A stretch of 64,000 bases of DNA from Phoronis australis. Lineage: Eukaryota > Animalia > Phoronida. Position numbers and translations under genes: made by a program. Below the pieces are notes generated by a model. It was not told where the DNA came from, searched no databases, and saw only the letters and a program-made list of their open reading frames with translations. The DNA is taken from positions 392,769 to 456,768 of the forward strand of contig NMRA01000224.1 in NCBI GenBank assembly GCA_002633005.1. Direction: 5' to 3'. This document shows positions 24,501 to 39,500 of the stretch, piece by piece; position 1 is the stretch's first letter, and every line of letters starts with the position of its first letter.

Positions 24501-27500
24501 ATTTTAACATAAATTGGTACAGTTGAAATTTAAGTCTTTTCATCACAACTTCAAATAATTTCAAACATATCGGAATTTGATATAATATTATTAGGTTAAT
24601 GTTTAATTTTGGTGATGGAGCACAATCCAAAATGGCAGCTGTAGTTAGTAAAATCTGACTGCTGCATTATGTGTGCTCTGACAACTGCCGCCATAGGAAA
24701 TGAGGCTTCCGTGGAACCCTGCCCACTTCAAAAATAGTAAAATAAGGCAAACACAGGGCTGTAAGCTACGAAATATTTTTATTTTAGAGACGTCATTCGA
24801 CGACAAAACTCATCCTGTGCTCTAAATTAGGGAATGTAATGGAGAGGCTATCTTTAAAGCAAGTATGGGTACTCACTCAACAGGTATGGGTACGCACCCA
24901 ACAGGTATGGGTTCTCACTCAACAGGTATGGGTACACACTCAACAGGTATGGGTACACACTCAACAGGTATGGGTACACACTCAACAGGTATGGGTACGC
25001 ACCCAACAGGTATGGGTACTCACTCAACAGGTATGGGTACACACTCAACAGGTATGGGTACGCACCCAACAGGTATGGGTACGCACTCAACAGGTATGGG
25101 TACTCACTCAACAGGTATGGGTGCTCACTCAACAGGTGTCGGTACTCACTCAACAGGTATGGGTACACACTCAACAGGTATAGGTAGGCACTCAACAGGT
25201 ATGGGCACGCACTCAACAGGTATGGGTACGCACTCAACAGGTATGGGTACTCACTCAACAGGTATGGGTACACACTCAACAGGTATGGGTACGCACCCAA
25301 CAGGTATGGGTACGCACTCAACAGGTATGGGTACTCACTCAACAGGTATGGGTACACACTCAACAGGTATGGGTACGCACCCAACAGGTATGGGTACGCA
25401 CTCAACAGGTATGGGTACTCACTCAACAGGTATGGGTACACACTCAACAGGTATGGGTACGCACCCAACAGGTATGGGTACGCACTCAACAGGTATGGGT
25501 ACTCACTCAACAGGTATGGGTACTCACTCAACAGGTATGGGTACACACTCAACAGGTATGGGTACACACTCAACAGGTATGGGTACACACTCAACAGGTA
25601 TGGGTACGCACTCAACAGGTATGGGTACTCACTCAACAGGTATGGGTACGCACTCAACAGGTATGGGTTCTCACTCAACAGGTATGGGTACTCACTCAAC
25701 AGGTATGGGTACTCACTCAACAGGTATGGGTTCTCACTCAACAGGTATGGGTACTCACTCAACAGGTATGGGTACACACTCAACAGGTATGGGTACACAC
25801 TCAACAGGTATGGGTACGCACTCAACAGGTATGCGTTCTCACTCAACAGGTATGGGTACACACTCAACAGGTATGGGTTCTCACTCAACAGGTATGGGTA
25901 CTCACTCAACAGGTATGGGTACTTACTCAACAGGTATGGGTACACACTCAACAGGTATGAGTCCTCACTCAACAGCGGCCATATATAAAGAGGTTTCCAT
26001 GGAAACCCCGCCCAATTAAAAATATGATAAAATAAGACGAACACAACGAAGGCTGAAAGTTTATATTTTAGGGTCATCTTTCAACTGACGATACTCGTCC
26101 TGTGTTCTCAACTGGGGAATGTAAAAGAAAGAAATCTTTTAAGCGAGTTTCAAAAACCGACAAGGAACACGTTCGCCTACAAATAAATGAATGCATAGTA
26201 TTTAAGGCAATTGAACACAAATTGAGTATGATCACATTGTGATATTTCTTGGCTAGTCACTCCGCGTGGTCGCAGCCTAACGCTCTTCTGTCAAGACCCA
26301 CTCGGTGATAAAGTCGACGAGCGTCTCTGACAGACAAGGGCAAGATTAATTGGACATTTGTAACAAAATCACAACGGATTTTGTTGTAGCTTTAGTGAAA
26401 GCTAATAACTCCAGGGTCATGATTGACAGCGGCCACTGTAACCTGTAGGAGGCGCTGAAGTAAGCCAAAACTGTTTACTGCTATGTTGTTATTTCACTGA
26501 TTAAAAACAAACTGAACACTTCCATACAAAAAAGCTAAGAAAATTACCGTTTTTATTCCTGTAACTCTACCATCTTGTGTTATATAAGGCATTGTTTTGA
26601 GCCCTAGACTGGCTACTACTATTCAATCTAACTAAAATAAGCAATTTTTATACCAAATAATAACTATTTTTTAATTTTGAAGAACAATTATTTATTTCCA
26701 AGTTTCCCGTCAAATGATGTAATGGGTGGAAGACATTTGGTCACTTGACAATCAATTGCAATGACGGAACAGAGCTGATCAGAAGACGAGGACTTATTTG
26801 AGCGAGACAATATGGAGACAGCGGAGAGTGGATACGGGCATCACACTCAAGTACTTGAAGAATCAGACAATGCACTCGATTTTCCACTTAGCGAACTTTC
26901 GTCGGCTTTGAGGCCGTATGAACTCGACCCACTTGCATGAGAAATCCAACAGACATGTGTAAGCCACAACGCTCAACTGAACCAAGAGGTGGTCAATATT
27001 CACAGAACAGACACTTAATAATCACTGACAAAGGCCACAGTAAACCTGGGTCACTCGTATTCACTACAGCCATGATGGATGAGCACGGTCTAAACACAAT
27101 GCCATAGCACTTGACGATCTGGGCCAGGGTCGAGGGCCCAGCATCACACTTGCACTAGAATGGAAGCAGTTTGCTGGTTATTTCTAAACTTTACAAATAC
27201 ACATACAAGGTGGCGAGTCTATCACCGTAAGGCCACATGTGTGTTTGGTCGAAGCACGATTCCTTGAAATGTGCCAAACAAATTGACTGAATCGCATGTT
27301 CCGCACGGCTGACATTCCAGACTCTCGTGCGGCCCACAAAACCCGGCCGATGCCATTTCAGTGCAACTTTAAGTATTTAGGAAATTTGAGCACAAACACA
27401 TTCTCAGTCAAGTTGCTGTTACTAAAGCCTCCACAAACGCACCTTTTTATGTCTGAAAAGGGCGGCTCTCCGCGGACCTTCCTCGCAACTTTTAAATATT

Positions 27501-30500
27501 GCACTGGTAAAAACAACAAAAGCGGCGACGGTCTTTCACCCATTACGTACAACTCCGATAACAGAAAAAATATATTTTTTAAAATTTTTAATTGTTTCTT
27601 AGCAACAGGCTACTAAATCTCTTAAGATATATTATTAAAATTCTTTTTGAGACACAGGGTCATGGTGGGAACTCTTTAAAAAGGTACTCAGTTAACGAAA
27701 ACGCTTACGTGTTCTCGTAATTACATCAACAGATGTGGCGGGTACGAAGCCTTGTTTCATGGTAGTCACGAACGTGTTGTATTGCATGCCTGGAGAGAGA
27801 CCTCTACAGGCGCCTGTCTGGCTGCTTTTGGGTACGTCCACCACGTAATCTTTAGAAAATGTTGCGCAAGTAAGTTTGTACTTATCCTTCTTTCCAAGTG
27901 CATGTTTCCACGTTACGTGTATCTCGGTAGTCGTTGTTAGTCCTTGAAGCACCTTTAGTTGAGTCACTGGCGCCAAATCTGCAATCATCAGTAGAACGCG
28001 ATCAAAGTAGATACATGCATAACATGTTCGTGCACAGTGTGCCGCCGCATTCTGTCCGTGTACGAATATTGCATTTCAAACAAAATCAATTCAATGCGAA
28101 CGGATGTCACGTTATGAATAACTTGCCGGTTGATGGTTGAAACTACACAAACTGATTTACGAACACAGTAAATAATAAATTAAGTGCTTAAAGGAGAATG
28201 CCACCCGATTAAATTAGTCTTTTTTACCGTCTTAAGCGGTCTATATCGACATCTCCTCGCGTACGGTCGACTTTACCTTGCCGAGTGGTGTCGCGTGTGA
28301 GGAATGTGAGAAACGACGCAGCGACGTCAGTGGTTCATTTGCAGAATGAATGCCGCTGTGTTGCAGTGCATCGTTCTCTCTTGTCCGAACTATGCAATTG
28401 CGAGGACAGCGGATATATCGTTTTTTCGACTTCCTCGAGAATACGAAATGCTTAAGAGGTGGATCACGGTAGTGAAGAATGAAAAGTACGCTGTTAATAG
28501 CAAGTATGAAGCCGTGAAACATCTCCCTTTCTGTGGCCGGCAGTCGTCGACACTGCTCTGACAAATGCCGGCTTACCAAAGAACTATCCATACGCTCCGT
28601 TGCCTGTGCATGTTCCCGGCGCCACTTTAGTATTTCTTGAAACAAAGTCTGTCTCATTAGATACAATTTGTAATGCCTTTGGAGTATTCGTGAGTGCCAA
28701 TGTTTTGAGAAGCCAGCAATGAATAAACCACTGCATTACCGGCTTCAGATGCAATAAAGGTAATTGACAGGGCACCGAGGTCGTGTGAGCGCATGCTAAT
28801 TCAGTGTTTTCTGACAGAAAGCCGTCGTGAAACAATAACTCCATTTTATATACTATGGTCACCTGTTAGGGGAATCTTTATTTAGATATACAAATACATT
28901 ATTCACATCATTGTTGCTGTACAACTTTTGCCCTGACGGTTCTGTAAAAGGGCAACTTGACTTCGCGGCCCCCGACAAGTGAGTAGATTTGCCGTTTCGT
29001 GGCTAATTCACCAAAATATTTAGGTGCATATTATTTGATTGGCTCACTAGTATGGTCTTTTCGTGACTGGAGGTTTAGTTTCCAAGTTAAGCTGCTATAT
29101 GTTCGTCATGTCCAGTCCCGGCGGCCAAGGAACTGGCTGGGATAACAAGCGCTTTGTGTGTTTAGAACTGAAAAAATCGCAAGTCTAAAGTACAACACAC
29201 AGCTATCTTTAGTGTCTGTATTTCACGGAAGAATGATTCGAATTTATCACCAAACAGACCCAAACTCCTGCTATCGACCATGATAAATTGGCATACCGAA
29301 CCTATGAGTCTATACTCCTTGACCGAACTCTTTAGGCTACCGATCGTTCAAATACGTATACTGTATGTCCGTAACAGTGAAATAAAACAACACATTTGTT
29401 TAAGAGCTCGGTGTATTTGTAAGGGCTTTACATCGAAATTTGATGATTTATTGGTGTAAAATGATGCATCCAAGCTATAAGTTGACTCTAGTAACCGTGT
29501 TGTGAACTGCTGAACAGACTGCGTTCGAACCGATTACGTCACTGGTTAATTTCAACACCTCCGTCTGCCGTCAGGTGTCAGGTAAAACAACTGTACTTGC
29601 TGTTATCGAGTGGAACTACTCGATGTAAATTGATACAAAATAGGTTGTGTTTTGGGTGGCATTCTCCTTTAAGTATTTCAAATTTCAAAAAAATTGTAAA
29701 GTACACCTCAAAGAAAGTTAGTCAAAATTCAGTCAGTTTGTAACAACGATTTCATGGTCCTGACATTTACTTTTGGTCCGCCTTCCTTCTTGTGAACAGT
29801 CTTCAATCTTCCAACCAAGTCGAAGTCCAATCCGTATGTTTTCTAGTATTTCCATCGTTTTGGTAACTGCTGTGAGTCATTTTCCCTTGTGAGTGTACAA
29901 TATCAGTTCCCACTAACTGCAGAGGACTCCACTTGAAGTTTCCTTGACGTCGTTCATGAGTTCACACCATGCTAGCCAACTCGCATGTTGAGCTTGACCA
30001 ATTGATGCAGATTGTCGAGAATCTTTTATTCTGAATGCAGGGCGTTTTTCGGAACGTTCCATGGATTTCATGACCACAGGTCACAGGTCGGTTCTTGTAG
30101 GATTAATGACCAGTGTAATTGTCGGGTTTGTTAAATAATTTTGCCGAGAAATCGCTGATTGTAAGGAACCGTACATCAAGAAACTCGCTTGATGAACAGT
30201 AGTAATGAAATGAGAATGAAGCAATGAAGTTAGGCTTGATTTGGTAACTACAACTCTCGATCAAAACTCAGTCGAGCAGACTGACGGAAATTCTCAGCGC
30301 AAACTCTCGCGTCTAGTCACGGGCGGCAGCGGACATTCCAGGGCTAAGGTTATGTAATTCGAACTATTTTCACAGCCGTTGTTGTTGCTACTATTCGTGA
30401 TTCGGAAGAAGAAGTCATTGTTTTCGTCATTGTTTAGGTGCTCGCGTACTTATTGTCAATTTCGTTTTATGTTTTATTGAAAGCACCACAGACATCAGTG

Positions 30501-33500
30501 ACATCAAATTTTCAATGATCTAAACCTAAATTGATTAGTTAACAGAGCTCATTTTAATTTGTTTATATTAGACTACACCAAATTTCAGAGCTGATACAAC
30601 TTTTAAGTTATATTAAAATATAACTCGTGATATTCCGGCGATTTCCGTAAAACGAGGTCAGAATTCTGGCAATTATATTTCTCCTCACCAAGCCTCAAAT
30701 GGCTAAAGCAACCAGCGCCATCTTGAGGCATGGGAACGAGGCTGGTTGACTAGGTGATGAAAATGATGGTTTTACTCACGGGTTGACACCGGTCTGATGA
30801 CGTCATCGCTCACTTGACTGTTGACGCCTGCATGTTCAGCTTTACTACTAACGATCACTATGTAATTCTCGCCAGGAATGAGAGACTCGAATGTGACACT
30901 CCGAGATCTCCGAGATTCGGGATAAGGCGATGGGATCAACGAGTGGCGAACTGCTTGCTGGTAACCTGTACGTTATTATGTATTTAGACAAGTGACCAGT
31001 CCTAGGTGGTTTCCATGTAACCGTCATGGACTCGGTCTCCACATCGACTTTGACGCTAGTTGGTGGCTCAGGAACTGCAGAAACAGAGTAATATGTTAGC
31101 AATGACGACGTTTACAACCTCAGAAATCGCAGCAATGTTGACCCACTACTGTGGACTTTGCTTAGGTTTACGACACATTGAGGGCACCAGAAGCTGCAAA
31201 TATAAATTTTCGAGTTCCACGTGCTCAAATATTCTCATGCCAAACAACAGAGAGAAACCAACAGTAAATTGGGCTCTTCAGAGGCACGGTTGTCGCAGTA
31301 TAGACACGCACATGGAGAAGAGAAAGTGTGATACAGATACCCAACAAGTAGCAACGATGCAATTTAACATCTGCAAAGTATGTCATTGCTTTCATAAATG
31401 ACAGAACGGTTAATACAAATCACCACGCGAGATAAAGGAGATGTCAGCGGGAACGTTTTCATGCGACAAACAATTCTCCATGAACATTTTCAAGTTTACT
31501 TTTTGTCGTGCTCGTAATGACGATTTGTGAAAAATCTTAAATGTTTGCTGCATGTACCTGGTAACTGAAAACGTAAAGTGATGCGTCCACAACTTGTTCG
31601 TAAACATTGTGCTTCTACGGATGTCTTAAGCATCACAAAAATGGCAGAATACGCATCGGCCGTTCGAAGTTACGAAGGCGTCATCGTCTTTAATACAAAA
31701 CCGTTTTCTAAATTTCATAAAAATCCGCCAAGGATCATCAAAAAAACAGAGACAAGGGTGAAAAGCAAATTGCCACTAGGGGATACTGAAGTAGTCAGAG
31801 CGGCCCAAAAAGTCTCTTTGTCACATGTATACAAAACAATGGGGCTATTCGGAGAATTCTCCTCGCGGTGTCGCTGCTGTACTAGTGGTGATTGAATTGC
31901 GCATGCGTCGCTTTCTACATGCAAACAGATGGTAACAACGTCGAATTTTTGTAAAACTACGTCGTTTACTATGCCGTACTATTGTTGTGTGCCGGGGTGC
32001 AAATCATCGAAAGGCGGCCACAAGTTTCCAAAAGACATCAGATTACAAGAAGCTTGGAGAGTTTCAGTCAAGAGAGTCCAAGAAGGCACGAAAAATCTTT
32101 GGATGCCAAAGCCACATGACCGCGTTTGCTCCAAACATTTCCAGGACAGCGACTACATAAAGACTTTACTTGGTAAGATTTTAGTTTTCAGTAACACCAT
32201 CTACATCGTTCAAGAATATTATCGCTGCCAATTTCTACAACTAAATGATTGGTTTTGTTTAATGGAACCAACTGGATTCTTTTCATAAACTCATCCAGGG
32301 CTCAGATGGTAGGTTAGTGCCTTCTGCATTAATTCGTATTGTGGCTGTGCTCCCAATACTATACAGTAGAAAAGGTAACGGGAACAAGCCAAGGGTCTCT
32401 TTTTCACAACAGTTACTCTTCAACAAGATAACAAGATGCAATTTCCAACAATATTCTAGATGGGTCTCTATGTCCCCTACTGTACAAAAAACAAGTAACC
32501 CCCTAGGAAGCTCTGATTAATTGCCAAATTATCATCAATGGAATTTTCGATACATTGGTAACGTTATTGACATTACATTGGAATCAATATTGACCCCTGG
32601 AATGAATTTATTTGTTGGGGATGGATATATACTTTAGAAGGTGTCATTAAAACTACACATTCTGAATTCACGTTACCTTGTTCATAATTATTTTGGGAGA
32701 CTGGAGGCTTTTGATTAGTTTCTACACATGAACATGAAGACAAAATATCAGTTACAAAATATTCATGAGTGCAGCAAACTTTTATTGAGATACAGAAACA
32801 CTGAATTGTTACTTGTGTTTTATTTTGNGAGTTTTCTATTGAACTTTTGACCAGTTTGGCAAATAAGGAGGCCGACGCAAAAACGGATGCAAAATAATAA
32901 AACTGGCCAATAGCTGGAGCAGAGAGCATTGAATCTATTCGAGAATGGATAGGAATTGTGTTATAATCTAAGCGTATTTGCCATTGGGGCTATTCGGAAA
33001 ATCTACAATAACTAAAGGGCGCGCGTGTACTAGTGGTGATAGATTAACAGCCTCGATTTCGTGAGCCCTTTAAATACATTGTGAAATGGCTTGCAGCCGT
33101 GCCAACTGAATCTGAGATTTGTGATTATTTTAACGATTATTCCATGATTATTCTACCGATGCCTGTTAACTGAGGTACTCGCCGATATCGACTTCGCGGC
33201 AGTCGCAAGTCGGGTTAATCTTTGTTTGTTGTGATATGTGATACGATACTTGACGTAACAATCGGGATCTTTTCGTACATCAGCCCATTATTTTTGTTGT
33301 TTGGAATGATTTCTAACTGTTTATCAGAGACAGTTACATCAATGCTGAATGTTTATGCTGTCAACTCGATACAGGTTGATGAGTTAAGTTTACAATCCAA
33401 GACCAATGGCAAAGGGTACATGACAAATATCCATTGCATTAGACTATTTGTTTACTCCCTATTATATGTCTTCTGGAAATCTATTACACGTTGAAATGGA

Positions 33501-36500
33501 AATCTATCACGTCTGTTTTCACGTAACCTTTGTTTTTTAGGTTTGAGGGCTTGTACCGTGCAGACGAGATATGCATCGCTTCTGCACCGTTCATGAATGG
33601 ACAAAAATTCGTTTTAAGCATTTGACTGCAGCTAACCAACAAGATCTTCCCATCCAGTGCAGATCTGTTGTCAAAGTCTACTTTCAATAGTGGAGACAAC
33701 GAACAAAGCCATTGAAAAGGAACAGCTATTTTTAAACAAAGGTGTGTAAGTCATTTTGTTAATTTACTTATTCAGGTCCTTAGCGGGGGATTTGCATGGG
33801 GAGTTGGGGTTGTAATATTTGGTACAACTGAATGTGTGGAAATAACAGGTAATACATGTTTGGGGCAAAGAGCATGATGAAGTAATTCTTAACCTTCATG
33901 AAGTCCCTTCAAGTTGATTTCATGAAACTGTTTTGCTACTTGTATCAATTGTAAACCCATGAAAATATATTACATTTCCTGAATTCCCAGTAACTGAATA
34001 GTCTTAACTCATGCCTTGAAATGTTGCAAGTCGTTACAAATTCAAATGACTGACATTTTTGTGAAAATTGCATTTTGACGGTGCATTACGATTTGTAATT
34101 ACTCTTAAACAACAGAAAGATAATCCATCATTTTTAAATGACCCAAGTCTTCATATCTTCTATTAGAACAAAAATTAAAAGTCTGAGAAACGGTTCCCTC
34201 AACCTTAGACTAGAAGTATGCTTGACAGACCCATGAATCTGTTATCGGAGTTTAAAATTGCTAAAAGTATCAAACTTAAAAAGGCTTGAAAATGAGTAAC
34301 AAAGGTTTGAAGATGTCTCAAAAAACTTGTATATTTTGCATACAAGTGATGCGTTTAAAGAATTGTTATGGCTAGGAATAAAAAATAAAGACACAGTTTT
34401 ATGCAATACTTATTATATACACCATTGGTTTCTGAAAACAGTAATTATTTAATTTTATGTGAAACTGTAGAGCAGTCACCATATATTTTTGAAAAACAGG
34501 GATAACATTTTTGACCCAATCTGGAGTACATAATTATTCATATTTCAATATTTGTTCCAAGTTCAGTGACATTTTAAGGCCACTTCAAGCTGTATCATAG
34601 ACAAGCTTTGTTACTCCGTTCTCTTCCCACAGCCCTTCCGCACACCAGCAGTGCTGCATGGCACAATGTGCAAGTCAGTGGCCCTGGATAAATGTGAATG
34701 GCAGTACTAAGTTACCATAAGACAATGTGTCAGTGGAGTGTCTGTGTATCCAGATGAACTATATCTGACAGCGACACAAGTAAGCCTCGTTGGTGAGGAT
34801 GCCCTTTAGTAGGCAATGAGTCATGTGTGGACAATAGCTTATTTCCTTTCCTGGAAGAAACATGAGGTACTGAAGCTAAAGAACACCTAGTGACACTCTG
34901 GTCTTATTCAGGGTCTGATTTTGGGCTCAAAACGATTCAAGTGATATGCTGCTGTGTTTACCTTCAAGGGTCTAATTGTGTATGTTATTGAGACTGAAAG
35001 GGGTAACATAAAAGAAAGCCGCGTGTCGAAACTGGACCTTTTTTACAAGCACTTCTATAGGCCATTGAAACTAGATCCCAATGAAATGAAAACCAAAAGC
35101 TGAGTGACATTTATTTTTTTTTCAGAAGAAAGGCTTTATACTATTGGTAAAAACTTTTCAATTTGGTACACATTATGGGGGAAATGACATTCAGTGACTG
35201 CATCGATTGTCTTATTGTATGTTTTCAATTGTAGCTAGCTGGATAAGAATCTGCTATGCACAAGATTCGCGAATAAACAATTATCAGTGTATTTAAAAAC
35301 AAATGGCAAACTGAAAAAGCACAGAAAGAAACAACATTGTGACGGAGTCCATAATCAGGCATATCAAGTGCTGAATTTCTGAATTACGTTCAATTCTCTC
35401 AGGGGATTGCTGAAGGATTGCTTTTCACTTTGTCCAAAGGTAAAATAGATTTTCGGGTGGTTGGTTTCAGTTGTTTTCTCTCACCTGTAACAGAATAGTC
35501 GGAGAAATATTAGCAACTTGTAAAAGAAAAGACAAGACAAAACTACTTTTGTATGGCAGAAAATACTTGATGTTTCATCTTCATGTTTATGTGTAGAAAC
35601 TAGTAACCTTTGTACCCAAGTCTTATCTAATATTTGAATTAAAATATGTGAAACAGGCTAAAAGTAATTTAACAATGTGTATTTTTCATGACACTTAAAA
35701 TGTGCTTCTGATCTCAACAAGTAAAATTCATTCTAGGTGTCAATTTTTTCCAATGCAATGTTACATTTATTGAATTAAGGCTTATGTTAATTCGACAACT
35801 GATCTGGTAGTCCTGGGGGTGGGGTCTGCGATAAAATAAGGAAACTCACTCATCTAGAGAATTTTATTGGAAACAGCATAGTTTTTAAGACAAACTTCAG
35901 TGAAAAAGTCACTCTTGACTTCTGTGCATCACGTACCATACACCTCTTATTTTGGGACCACTCCCACCCAGGACAATATGAATATGTGCTGCTAGCCTAC
36001 CCGGCATCCGAGTCCCGGGTGAGTTTCCTAAAAGAAACACTTAGTTCCACTCAATAAACCTGTTATTCAGTGGGGTAACTGGTGGGGATAACATCACCGA
36101 ACGATGTTGATAGAAACTGATCACTAAAAACTTACCAAGTAATGTTGTGTAGTCTCCGAATGGAACTGCATAGTCATAGAGCACACACAGGGCTTCAGCA
36201 TTCACACACTTTTTGTCAGTTAGTTGACCCTTTTGACCGCAATTATCCACGATTATAGTAACCTTAGGTCTTTTGGGAATTTGTGGCCACCTGTCGAAGA
36301 CTTGCACCAGGGAAATTAGCAGTAATGAGGCTTAGCGCGACGACGTATTTTGATAAAAATTCCATGTTTTACCAGTTGTTAACATACAGACAGCCACGCA
36401 TGCGCAATTCAATCACCACTAGTACAGCAGCGACACCGCGAGGAGAATTCTCCGAATAGCCCCATTTCACAAAAATCTATCCACGAACTCGGAAGATGCA

Positions 36501-39500
36501 GATCCAAACGTAAATAATAAAATTTCAACTAGGGGCGCAGCTGTAGTCCCTTTGCATGCACGCACTACACGCACCCAGCCTTCAAAATGAGGGGGCTCGC
36601 ATTCGTGAGTTTGTTTGGTAACGAACAAACGGGCGGACTAAAAAAAAATGTGAATTGTCTCATTTCCTCGGACTTTTTGTATCTCAGAGGCGGACCTTTC
36701 TGCCTACTTCGCCAAGTGCGAGGGGGGGGGGGCTCCGAGCCCCCCTGGGTGCGCGCATGCTTTGGTTTAAAACTCGTCGTCATTTGCTACCGTATCCGAA
36801 GAAGCACATCAAACAAAAATCCTGCAAAGCGTTAAGGGATACAGTCATGGAAACGAAAAACATTGCCACGAGGTGCGCCAGAGCAGTCTGCACATCAAAG
36901 TCAGCCGCGGTCCTCCCATCTGTCAATTGCCATAGTGATCCTTGAGCAGTTTGGCGGCTAGAGAGCTGGACAATAAAACGCAATCAAATTTTTAATGGCT
37001 ACCTTATGCGCAGAAGACGTAAATTCCGTTAAAAAATCGGAGGTCGTCGACGTCTTCTAGATAGAAAACCATTTGCCAAATTACATGAAAATCCATCAAT
37101 GAATTCCAAAACTACGGAAACAAACGTAAAAAATCAAATTGATAAGAACGATTGAACAACAGTAGGATAATAGGGCCCTTGAACCCACACAATTTGAGCC
37201 CGAATATCGGCACCATACCCTTCTCTAAAATATTTTAAAAATCACGCAAAGTTCCCCTCATAATGTAAAAAAATCGTCCCTGAATGATCAAAAATTCCCC
37301 TCGTAGTTTTAGCCTCAGATAACCTAAAAATATCATATTCAAACCCACTAACTTTAGTCACGAGGCCGCCAGACACCGGAAACGTCACAGACTGGTTTAC
37401 TTATAAAGCAAGTGTCGCATACAGGAGTGCTATAACCAGCTATGCGTTTCTTCACTTTTGATTATTGAAAGCACAAAACGTAAAGAACACCTATGTGTGT
37501 CTTCGGCTAAAAATTACCCACAAATAAGTTCTACAAGAGGAGAATTGCGAAAAGTAAAGCGGCGGAGTATAGAAACACACAAGAAGGTCTCCCTCATTGA
37601 TGAACTTGCTGTGCACTCCTCTCAGGAGCATTCTCCACATTTGAGCAGCTAACTAATTCATTGTACAGTGGTCAACAACACTGTCAGCTAAGAACAGCTC
37701 AGCATTGCTCTTCTTCTCTATTCACTGAGGTGGAGGGAGTACTGAATGGCTATATTTGAGGATGTGTGACACCAGACACTGTTGTGAGAAAAGCATTCAC
37801 CGGTTCAGCTAAAACCCTTATTGTGCCAACATTGAGTGGCGGGGCTCTGTGGTACAATATGGGGGCCTATTCCTTGCAAACATTACTTCAATCAGTAGTT
37901 ACTTTAGATTTTTTTTCCCTAATGTGAGTTTTCTAACAACTTCATTGCTATGTTCTTGTGCAAAAAATGAACAATTGTCATCGTGGTACATTCATTAGCC
38001 AAGCGATATGGGGCAACGGCAATACATGCAATGGATGGAAGACCGTCTCAGCCGTTGCTGGTTTGTACCAGTACGATACTGAGGAGTTATGAGGTAAGTC
38101 CAATCGTGAACCACACTTTTTCGGCACATTTCGACCAAACACAAAACCCACGTTACGAAGAAGAATTCGCCACGTTGTAAGTGTATTTGCTAATTTATAA
38201 ATAACGAACAAGCTGCTTCCATTTCAGGGCGTGAGACGCCAGGCCATCGACCCCGGCCCAGATCGAGTGCTACGACACCTACCTGTAGGCTTAGACAGTG
38301 CTCATTCCGTCATGGCAATTAGTGAATACGAGTGACTCAGGTTTACTGTGGCCTAATTATCAGTGATTATTAAGTGTCTATATTGTGGATATTGACCATT
38401 TTTTTGGTTCAGTTGGTTGTGTCTGTAGGATTTCTTATGCAAGTGGGTCGAGTTCATACGGCCTCAAAGCCGACGAAAGTTCGCTAAGTGGGAAATCGAA
38501 TTCATCGTCTGATTCTTCAAGTACTTGAGTGTGATGCCCGTATCCACTCTCTCTGTCTGAATAATGATTGCCCAGCTCTCGCTCAAAACCGTCGTCGTCT
38601 TCTGATCTGCAGTGTCCCGCCATGGCAATTGATTGTCAAGTGACCCAACGTCTTCCACCCAACACATCATTTGACTGGAAACTTTGAAATAACTATCTTT
38701 TTCTTCGAGGAATGTTTCCTCTCTTGTGAGTAAGGGCCCTGGATTGGTCCGAAACTGTTCTTAGGAAAATGTCAATCAAACCTCATTGAGTTCCTATGAG
38801 GCGTTTATTAGATAGGGCCTACAGCAATACAGCAGCGAACGTACGTGTGTCGCCCGGAAAGGGATGATGGCAATATGCACCACTATATGTATATGTGGGC
38901 GCATAAAAAGGGCAATGACTGCATTTCACTCACTGTTCCGGCTCATCCAGTGCTGCATTCCGTAGACCCAAGACCTGATGCAAGAAATCTCCGATTATGG
39001 AAGTGAAACAGGTTCATGCAGCATGGCAACTTACTGATTGACCAATCACTTCAGTGGCCGCGATTTTTGCTACGGTAAGTCATTTTAAAAGTTCCGAGCA
39101 TACTCGCAAAACACTCGCTTTTCACTTGCACGTGGTCTTGCTCCTTCACGAGGTTCTTATGTCTACGAATATCACCCCAGGTCAACCGTCCAGAACATTT
39201 GACGTTCTTGACGACGACGTCCGACTAACAGACCAATCAGATGTCCCAACCCGTTGACTCGGGATAGCCAGTGTAGTGAATCAAGTGCAGCATAAGTTGA
39301 TAAAAGTTTAGACATTTTCCAAACCTACTGGTGATTATCTTCCTTACGTCACTGTTGACAGGTTTCCACCCCTGCTGTACGGTGGTGACATAAACATCAT
39401 ACGTCACCCCAGAGGTCAGGTTCCTACATGTCTCCCCTGTGCGGTCCTTCAAGGAATTCAGTCTCACAGTCTGATGTTCTGACGAGCAAATCACCTCATA

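Noticed and set aside
24854-26077. 407-aa (YPYLLSx)n minus-strand ORF as a real protein
   Set aside because: By-product of a stop-free 21-bp unit; the variable base is non-synonymous in this frame and no splice sites link it to the host gene.
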